A stretch of 19,425 nucleotides of DNA, taken from IMG/VR virus record IMGVR_UViG_3300045988_170948, positions 1 through 19,425 of that record; one strand, written 5' to 3'. A program made the translations under genes and the position numbers. The stretch is from a virus. The notes beneath the pieces are model-generated. The model did not search any database. It saw only the letters and a list, made by a program, of their open reading frames with translations, and had not been told where the DNA came from. Shown piece by piece: positions 10,710-17,448 of the stretch (position 1 is its first letter; every line of letters begins with the position of its first letter).

Positions 10710-11678
10710 ATGGCAAATACAATTTCTGATAAATTAACGTATCTTGAAGGTACTAAAAGTGCCATTAAAGATGCTATTGTAGCTAAAGGTGTTGCTGTAT
10801 CAGATTCAGATACCTTTAGAAGCTATGCAGATAAGATAGGACAGATTTCTGGAGGTGGTGGAGGAAAGATTAATTTAAATGATTATGGATTAACATTTGC
10901 ATATTCTAGTATGACACAAGAGCAATATAATAATATAGAATATTCTCTTCCAGATAATATAAATCATTGATTTGATGGGACTAATTTCATATCTACAATA
11001 GATATATCAAGTCATATTGATCTGTCTAAAGTATATGACGCATCATATGCCTTCCAAAACACATATAATATATATATTGATAATATAAGAACTAGTGTTG
11101 GGGATTCGTACGCATTTTCTGGATTTCAAGGCATACTAAATAATTTAGAATTAATTAATACCTTATCCTCTAGTTGAAATTATGCAACAAGAACATTCTT
11201 TAATGCTTCTAATTTACCAACTACTTTAAAAGTGATAAATGAAGTTGATACTGGTGTATCATCTTTACAATTTTTCTTTTATTCTGTTAGCAGTAATGTT
11301 CCTGAAATTGAAGTTATTAATGGACAACTATCTTTATATTATTACTTTAGTGCATATAATGAGGGTGTTACAACAGTAGGAAAAATTAAATTAAATAATT
11401 GCACATTAACAGAAGATCTAAATAAAACTTCAATATGTGCATCTGCTAATACTACTGTTACTTATTTTGGGGGTGTTGAAGGAGCTGATAAAAGTATGAA
11501 TTTAGCAAATTTTAGAGCACTAAATAGTCAATCAGTAACTGATATTATTACAAATGTTAGTGATTTAACTGGAAAGGATACCAAAACTTTAACTTTTTAT
11601 ACTAACGTTTATAATGCACTTACTGAGGAACAGAAATCATTAGCTACATCTAAAAACTGAACTTTAGCATCAGCATAA
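10710..11678 (+). CDS. LRR-type receptor-binding candidate 2 (322 aa, three TGA=Trp)
   Basis: ORF-track pieces 10710-10970 and 11232-11660 share a frame and are joined through TGA 10968, 11175 and 11658 with no TAA/TAG. The N-terminus ISDKLTYLEGTKSAIKDAIVAKGVAVSDSDTFRSYADKI is a common fibre N-terminal motif. The C-terminus LTEEQKSLATSKN-TGA-TLASA aligns with ..SKN-TGG-SI of 8172-9293. Confidence 0.7.
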
Positions 11679-11682
11679 TTTT

Positions 11683-11731
11683 TGTCTATTTTTATTTTTT
11701 CTTAGTACTTTGAGTGAGTAAAAACTTGACA
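11683..11731 (+). promoter_or_regulatory. Conserved intergenic element, copy B
   Basis: TGTCTATTTTTATTTTTTCTTAGTACTTTGAGTGAGTAAAAACTTGACA starts 4 nt after the upstream TAA and ends 103 nt upstream of ATG 11834. Confidence 0.55.
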
Positions 11732-11758
11732 TTAAAGGAGGCTTAGGTCTCCTTTAAT
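11731..11758 (+). other. Perfect 10-bp hairpin abutting element copy B (5' leader structure or terminator)
   Basis: ATTAAAGGAG-GCTTAGGT-CTCCTTTAAT. The first base is the last A of TTGACA. It is followed by TATTTTAAT. Confidence 0.5.
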
Positions 11759-11803
11759 TATTTTAATACATTAGTAAATTGGTTTATATTTTAAGAAAAA
11801 GAT

Positions 11804-11832
11804 ATGTAAAAGTAATGTAAAACTATGTAAAA
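11804..11832 (+). repeat. Three tandem ATGTAAAA units (start-stop minicistrons) directly upstream of ATG 11834
   Basis: ATGTAAAA occurs at 11804-11811, 11815-11822 and 11825-11832, spaced 11 and 10 nt apart. Confidence 0.6.
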
Positions 11833-11833
11833 T

Positions 11834-12226
11834 ATGAATTATACTTTATTAATGCAAAATACAACTACTAAAGAAGTTTATACATTTGATCTTGAAAATC
11901 AGAATTATTCTGAGAATATCTACTATAAGTTTGATATTACACTTCAAGAAGGAATGAGAGACGGTGAATATCAATATATTTTATTTACTAATCCAAATAA
12001 ATTTCAAGTTATAGTTGATGTAAACAATCCATTTAGATCAGAGTTATATGGCAATCCAGTTATTCTGGTTACATATAATAATACTCTTACTAATGGTACT
12101 CAGATATTAGTTGCTGGTAAACCAATACCTATATTGGGAACAGGATTAATAAGAATTGGAGATTATGAGAATAATAATTATCAATACGACAAATCTAATA
12201 CATACGTAAGTTATGAGCGAAAATAA
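11834..12226 (+). CDS. Hypothetical protein (130 aa)
   Basis: Intact ORF ending in TAA, and the first gene after element copy B. No recognisable motif. Its end overlaps the portal start by 14 nt. Confidence 0.5.
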   Translation: MNYTLLMQNTTTKEVYTFDLENQNYSENIYYKFDITLQEGMRDGEYQYILFTNPNKFQVIVDVNNPFRSELYGNPVILVTYNNTLTNGTQILVAGKPIPILGTGLIRIGDYENNNYQYDKSNTYVSYERK

Positions 12227-13304
12227 AACAAAAGTTCAGTTAAGTGCTATTGATCCATTTATTGCAAGTAATATCGTATTACCTACAGAAACTAAAGTAA
12301 GAGGAAAAGATTATGTAATGTGGGGAGAAGATAACAAATATCCATTATATCTATGAGATTTATACTTAAATGTTGCTACTCTCCAATCTATTATTAATGG
12401 TTCTGCTGACTTTATTGTTGGTAATGATGTTAAATGTAATGCTCCAGGATTTGAAGTAGTTGTAAACAAGAAAGGTGAAACAATAGTTGATATAATGAGA
12501 AAAATCACTATTGATAAGATGATATTTGGAGGTTATGCTATCCAAGTAATTAGAGATATGCTTGGAAGAGTTGCAGAGATCTATCATATTGATTTTATGA
12601 ATGTAAGGTCAAGCGAAAAGAATGATATATTATATTATGCAACTGATTGGACAGCTTGGTCTGTAAAAGCTATAAAATATCCAAAATTTGGAGCTGCTGA
12701 TGAAAATCCAGCTAGTATATTTTATAATAAAGGTTATATAACAAGAGGAGTATATCCTATTCCTGTTTATGGAGCTGCTATTTTATCTTGCGAAACTGAG
12801 AAAAATATTAATGAATTCCATTTAAATAACATCAATAATGGATTTATGGGTAATCTTATTATTAACTTTAATAATGGGGAACCTACAGATGAAATTAGAG
12901 AGGAGATTGAGAGGAATATTAATGAGAAGTTCTCTGGTTATCAGAATGCTGGCAGAATATTGATTTCATATAATGCAGATGAGGCAAATAAGACTACTAT
13001 TGAAAGATTAGATTCTGATGATTTTGATGAGAAATATCAATCGTTATCTGAGAGAACAAGAGATCAAATATTCTGTGCCTTCAGAGCTAATCCTTCGTTG
13101 TTCGGTTTAAACTATAGCTCAGGATTTAATGAAAATGAGTTTAATGAAGCATTTAAGCTATATAATCGTACTTTTGTACGCCCAATACAATCAGAAATTT
13201 GTGACTCATTTGATAAAATCTTCGGCATTAAGAATAGTATTACTATTGAACCATTTAGTTTAACTCCAAAAGGAATGTCAGACAATGCAGAAAATGTTGA
13301 ATAA
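12213..13304 (+). CDS. Portal protein (364 aa, one TGA=Trp)
   Basis: ATG 12213 is in frame with ORF-track 12495-13304 through TGA 12354-12356. MSENKTKVQLSAIDPF...VMWGEDNKYPLYL-W-DLYLNVATLQSIINGSADFIVG together with FHLNNINNGFMGNLIINF matches the N-terminal and core pattern I associate with phage portal proteins. Confidence 0.7.
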
Positions 13305-13947
13305 TTATACAGTGTACTGCCATAAGAATATAGCTGATAATAAATTATATTTTGGAATAACATCACTTACTTTAAATAATAGATGGGGAACTAAAGGTCA
13401 AGGTTACAAGAATAATCTTTATTTTAGCAGAGCAATTAAAAAATATGGTTGAGATAATTTTGAGCATATTATAATTAGAGATAATCTTCCAGAAGCTTGT
13501 GCTAAGACTTTAGAAAAGATTCTGATTTATAAGTATAATACTAGAAATCCAAAATATGGGTATAATTTAACTGATGGAGGAGACGGTACTTGTGGATATT
13601 CTTTTTCACAAGATTATAAAGATAGTCTTAGAATTATAAGATCAGGAGAAAATAACTCATTTTATGGTAAACAGCATTCAGATGAAAGCAAGCGTAAAAT
13701 GAGGGAGGCAAGATTAGGCAAAACTCCTTGAAATAAAGGTATGAAACTCTCAGATAAAGAAAAACAACTAATTTCAGAACGTCAGTGCAAAAAAGTATAT
13801 AAGTATGATTTAGATGGTAATTTTATTTGTGAGTATAAATCAGCTAAGGAAGCTGGAGAGAAGAATAATGTAGATTCTTCTAGTATATCTAGATCTTGTA
13901 GAAAAAATAAACCCTGCAAAAATTATAAATATTATTATGGAATATAG
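13294..13947 (+). mobile_element. Free-standing GIY-YIG homing endonuclease gene 2 (two TGA=Trp)
   Basis: MLNNYTVYCHKNIADNKLYFGITS (GIY..YFG); AIKKYG-TGA(13450)-DNFEH; LEKILIYKYNTRNPKYGYNLTDGGDG; NUMOD3-like HSDESKRKMREARLGKTP-TGA(13729)-NKG. The gene overlaps the portal end by 11 nt and the next gene's start by 11 nt. Confidence 0.85.
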
Positions 13948-14614
13948 AAATGTACTATTAATATCTGAAGATTATATAAAATCAGAATCCAATTTAGACA
14001 ATAATGTTTCTGGTAAATATCTTCAGTCAGCAATTAAACTTGCACAAGATATTGAGCTTCAGTCATTAATTGGAACTAAGCTCTTAGAAAAGATTCAGAA
14101 ATTAGTAATTGATTGAAAAGACCCAAATAAACCAGTTCATCCAATAGAACCTCCTATTTATGATCCTACTTCTATAGATGACCCAGAAAATCATAGATAT
14201 AAAGAATTGCTAGATTACTATATTCAGCCTTATTTACTTTATCAAGTATTAAGTGAGATTACTATACCTATTTCGTTTAAGCTTAGTAACTTTGGTGTTA
14301 TGAGGACTGATGATGAGAAAGATTTAACTTCTGATATTAATCAAGTTAATCTTATTAAGAAATATTATAGAGATAAAGCAGATTTCTTTAAAACAAGATT
14401 ACAAAATTGGGTAATTACATATTATAATGATTTTCCTGAATTGTATTCTTATAAACCTCTTAAAGATATGTATCCAAATATGTATTCAAGTTCATCTTGC
14501 ACTATTTGGTTAGGTGGAGCTAGAGGTAAAGGTTGGAGATATAATTCTTGTGAAGGTCCTCTGCAAAGAGCTTATGATTTCCCTTCAAGTGATAACAATA
14601 AAAAGAGTAAGTAA
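13937..14614 (+). CDS. Putative head-tail connector/adaptor protein (225 aa, one TGA=Trp)
   Basis: ATG 13937 is in frame with ORF-track 14207-14614 through TGA 14114-14116. The N-terminus ISEDYIKSESNLDNNVSGKYLQSAIKLAQDIELQSLIGTKLLEKI resembles head-tail adaptor N-termini. The position after the portal gene supports this. Confidence 0.4.
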
Positions 14615-14615
14615 G

Positions 14616-15041
14616 ATGACGTATTTTGAATTAATAAACAATTTAAAAGCTTGTGCTCTTGAAGAACCCAATATTAATTTTGTAGGAAGTAAGGATATAT
14701 ATGAACTTAATAGTATCCCAACTATTGAATATAATGTATTTTATATAACTCCAAATACATTTAATATGGATGAGGATACTATTACTTACTCTTTAAATCT
14801 CTATTTTATAGCAAGATGGGATGAGACTGATAATAATCAGCTTGAAGAGCAATCAGCTGGAATATTAGCATTAACTAATATAATTAACCGATTTAATAAC
14901 CAATATCCAGAAGTTGATATTTCTTATCCTTTAATTTTTACTCCATTTTATCAGAAGTTCAAAGATATTTGTACTGGAATATTTGTTAGAGTTGATTTAG
15001 CTGTAGACAACACTCTGGGTACTTGTTCTGATAATATGTAA
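14616..15041 (+). CDS. Hypothetical virion or morphogenesis protein (141 aa)
   Basis: ATG 14616 lies 2 nt after the upstream TAA. The ORF-track start at 14514 would overlap the previous gene by 100 nt. No motif recognised. Confidence 0.5.
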   Translation: MTYFELINNLKACALEEPNINFVGSKDIYELNSIPTIEYNVFYITPNTFNMDEDTITYSLNLYFIARWDETDNNQLEEQSAGILALTNIINRFNNQYPEVDISYPLIFTPFYQKFKDICTGIFVRVDLAVDNTLGTCSDNM

Positions 15042-15694
15042 TGGAAAATAAATTAAACTGGTTTGGAAAGGTATTAGAATGAGTAGATAAATATGGACTG
15101 TGGAAAATAATTAAAGGTGGATTTGGATTTATATTTATTTCTTATGTAATAATTATAAGTACTAATCCAGGAATAATATATGATAAAGTTGTAAGTTATA
15201 TAGAAACAGTTCATAATACTAATCAAGTAATACGACAAGAAGCAGATCTTAAGGTTAGATATATTCTTAAAGATCTTTTAAATGATACGAATGCAGATAG
15301 AGCTTGAGTTATTGAGTATCATAATGGCACTTCAGGATTAGGAGGACTTCCATTCACTTATGGAATTATGAATAGTGAAGAAACAGAACCTGGAGTTGCT
15401 CCAGTTTCAAGTCATTATAAAGACTTCCTATTATCTGATTATTTATTTATATTAGAAACATCTAAAAAAGGAGGATGATTTGGAGATGTTGAAGATATAA
15501 AGGAATTAGATAGAAGAATGTACTATACATTTAAATCTAATGATGTTAATAAGATTGCAATATTCTATTTAAAATCAGAAGATAGAGATATTGGAATTTT
15601 AGGCTTATCTTATTGTGATAATGAGATGCCAGTTGATACTTGAGTAAAACTAAGAGATGCAGGAATTAAAGTAAGTATAATTTTAAATAAATAA
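15041..15694 (+). CDS. Membrane-anchored protein (217 aa) with four TGA=Trp codons; possible GAF-like globular domain; first gene of the lysis cassette
   Basis: Absent from the ORF track because TGA at 15080, 15305, 15476 and 15641 splits it into pieces under 60 aa. It begins at a TAATG junction with the upstream gene and ends in TAA 15692-15694. It has one N-terminal hydrophobic helix (GGFGFIFISYVIIISTNPG). The C-terminal part (ADRAWVIEYHNG...KIAIFYLKSEDRDIGILGLSY) loosely resembles a GAF fold. Confidence 0.65.
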
Positions 15695-15697
15695 GTT

Positions 15698-15859
15698 ATG
15701 AAATATTGGATGAAATATTTAATAGCAATAGTAATTATAATCTTAGTATTTTTAATGGTAAAAGTAATTCCATTTTGGATTACATTAGTACTCATAGCAC
15801 TTGGTGCAGGATGTCATTTATTTTACCGTTATACTATGCTTAAAGATATTATTAAATAA
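15698..15859 (+). CDS. Holin candidate (53 aa, two TM helices)
   Basis: MKYWMKYLIAIVIIILVFLMVKVIPFWITLVLIALGAGCHLFYRYTMLKDIIK has two hydrophobic helices and a charged C-terminus. It lies directly upstream of the endolysin and shares a TAATG junction with it. Confidence 0.55.
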   Translation: MKYWMKYLIAIVIIILVFLMVKVIPFWITLVLIALGAGCHLFYRYTMLKDIIK

Positions 15860-16308
15860 TGAAATATTTTACTATTAGTGAATTAACAAGATCTGATACA
15901 GCTTCTATTAAGAAGATAGATAATACTCCAAATAAAGAGATTACTGAACACCTTATAGAGTTAGTCGAGAAACTTTTAGACCCATTAAGAAGTGATTGGG
16001 CAGAGTATTGTGATGTTAATCGGTTGGGAAATCCAGCAATAAGTGTGAATTCAGGTTATAGATGTAATAAGCTTAATAAAGCTGTAGGAGGATCTTTGAT
16101 ATCTGCTCACCTAACAGGATATGCGGCAGATATAATTCCAAGTAACGGCCAAATGAAAGAATTTCAGGTTTGGATTACTGAAGCTATTGAAAAGTATGAT
16201 TTTGACGAATGCTTTATAGAAAGAAGTAGTACTGCTCACTGAGTGCATATTGCTTTATATAGTATTAAAGGATTACAACGAAGAAAGAAAGGTAATTTAT
16301 ATGTATAG
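15859..16308 (+). CDS. Endolysin, zinc peptidase M15 (Peptidase_M15_3-like), one TGA=Trp
   Basis: [28 protein letters not shown] matches the SxHxxGxAxD metallopeptidase core. The frame continues through TGA 16240-16242 (STAH-W-VHIALY) to TAG 16306-16308. Confidence 0.85.
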
Positions 16309-16891
16309 TGTATATGTTCATTTAAACAAGATTAATGGTAAGAAATATATTGGAATTACTTGTAAGAAGCCAGAGATACGATGGGCAAACGGTCTTGGCT
16401 ATAGAAAACAGCCATTTGAAAATGCTATTAAAAAATATGGATGAGATGGATTTGAACACATTATAGTTAAAGAAGGATTACCAGAAGCTTGTGCTAAAAC
16501 ATTAGAGAAGATTCTTATTTATAGATATAATACTCGTAATCTGAAATACGGTTATAATGCTACAGACGGAGGTGATGGCACATTAGGAATTACATTTACT
16601 CAAGAAAGAAAAGACAAGATAAGAGCTAAAAGTATTGGAAGACATCCATCAGAAGAAACTAGGAAAAAGATGAGTGATAGCCAGAAAGGAAGAGATTTGA
16701 GCTATTTAAATAATTCTTTTGGCAATAATCCAAGAGCTAAGAAAGTAGGTGCATATAAAGATGATATTCTTATTAAAGAATATGATTGTGCAGTTAGTGC
16801 TTCTTTAGATGTCGGAGTTCATAAAAATTCTATTGCTAAAGCAATTAGAGAAGGTTATAAAGTAAAAGGATTCAAGTGAAGATATGTTTAA
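16301..16891 (+). mobile_element. Free-standing GIY-YIG homing endonuclease gene 3 (two TGA=Trp), paralogue of gene 2
   Basis: [20 protein letters not shown]; AIKKYG-TGA(16442)-DGFEH; LPEACAKTLEKILIYRYNTRNLKYGYNATDGGDG; ..KVKGFK-TGA(16877)-RYV then TAA 16889-16891. It overlaps the endolysin end by 8 nt. Confidence 0.85.
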
Positions 16892-16899
16892 TAAAAAAG

Positions 16900-16926
16900 A
16901 AAAGGAGGGCAAATAACCCTCCTTTT
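16900..16926. terminator. Bidirectional rho-independent terminator between convergent modules
   Basis: AAAAGGAGGG-CAAATAA-CCCTCCTTTT gives a perfect 10-bp stem. An A-run lies on the left and a T-run on the right. It sits between + strand stop 16891 and - strand stop 16930. Confidence 0.85.
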
Positions 16927-16929
16927 TGT

Positions 16930-17070
16930 TTATTCCATTATCTCAAATAATTTCTCATCTTTAGGTATTAATTCTCCTGTTTGTAAGTCTACTAAAAACT
17001 TACTATTTTCTGGTATTACATATACATAATACACTCCATTTATACATACTTTATAGGTTTGGTATTTCAT
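16930..17070 (-). CDS. Small hypothetical protein (46 aa)
   Basis: MKYQTYKVCINGVYYVYVIPENSKFLVDLQTGELIPKDEKLFEIME*. The ATG lies 1 nt after the upstream stop. The ORF is too short for the ORF track. Confidence 0.4.
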   Translation of the reverse strand: MKYQTYKVCINGVYYVYVIPENSKFLVDLQTGELIPKDEKLFEIME

Positions 17071-17071
17071 A

Positions 17072-17212
17072 TTAATCAGTATATGTTGCATTAGTAATTT
17101 CTGGTTTTGGCATTTCTTCTACTTCTTCCCAAACTAAACCTCTATTCTGGTTTTCTAGTTGAACTATTCTGTATTCTAGTTCTTCAAGCTTTTTAAATAA
17201 ATGATCATCCAT
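17072..17212 (-). CDS. Small hypothetical protein (46 aa, coiled-coil-like)
   Basis: MDDHLFKKLEELEYRIVQLENQNRGLVWEEVEEMPKPEITNATYTD*. It is tightly packed, 2 nt after the upstream stop. Confidence 0.4.
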   Translation of the reverse strand: MDDHLFKKLEELEYRIVQLENQNRGLVWEEVEEMPKPEITNATYTD

Positions 17213-17214
17213 AA

Positions 17215-17376
17215 TTAATCAAATTTAGAAATAAACATATAATCTTTATTTTTTAATACTTTATCTATAATATCACCAAATCTTTTAGTAGCCTCTTTAC
17301 ATTCGAGCATTCATTTATCCAATTCTTTAATATACTCTTCTGTTTGTTTTATTGTTTCTTTAATATCACTTTCCAT
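17215..17376 (-). CDS. Small hypothetical protein (53 aa if TGA 17313-17311 is Trp; otherwise 21-aa and 31-aa ORFs)
   Basis: MESDIKETIKQTEEYIKELDK-W-MLECKEATKRFGDIIDKVLKNKDYMFISKFD*. The ATG lies 21 nt downstream of element copy D. Confidence 0.4.
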
Positions 17377-17396
17377 AATTAAAATATTTTAATAAA

Positions 17397-17446
17397 TGTC
17401 TATTTTTTACTCAACTAATGTATATAGATAAAAATAAAAATAGACA
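17397..17446 (-). promoter_or_regulatory. Conserved intergenic element, copy D (on the - strand)
   Basis: The - strand reads TGTCTATTTTTATTTTTATCTATATACATTAGTTGAGTAAAAAATAGACA. It begins 2 nt after the helicase TAG and points at the three small - strand genes. This copy has perfect 11-bp terminal inverted repeats (TGTCTATTTTT / AAAAATAGACA). Confidence 0.55.
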
Positions 17447-17448
17447 TA

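Noticed and set aside
15640-15650. TTGAGTAAAAC inside the membrane-protein gene, about 50 nt upstream of the holin ATG, resembling block 2 of the intergenic element. This could be an internal lysis promoter.
   Set aside because: Only about 10 nt match. Block 1 and the GACA end are missing, and a match of this length is not clearly above chance in this composition. It is worth rechecking only if transcription start site data exist.
10490-16242. TGA decoded as glycine (code 25) or selenocysteine.
   Set aside because: The sites coincide with family-conserved Trp (NLEW, YGW, PWNKG, WVH) and with a TGG codon in an in-window paralogue. Nineteen sites in structural and endonuclease genes, with no adjacent SECIS-like hairpins, is incompatible with selenocysteine.
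911-16444. ORF-track start coordinates 911 (TTG), 9269, 10109, 14514 and 16250.
   Set aside because: They are artefacts of longest-ORF calling. 911 is internal to the tape measure gene. The others would overlap the upstream gene by 25-100 nt, whereas internal ATGs at 9296, 10187, 14616 and 16301 sit at the usual stop-start junctions and begin at the family-typical N-termini.
755-16879. Reading the TGAs as genuine stops, meaning many pseudogenes, frameshifts or sequencing errors.
   Set aside because: The downstream sequence continues in the same frame every time, so no frameshift is needed. Conserved motifs resume immediately after each TGA. Essential genes (portal, tape measure, endolysin) are affected. 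No gene ever requires TGA as its terminator.
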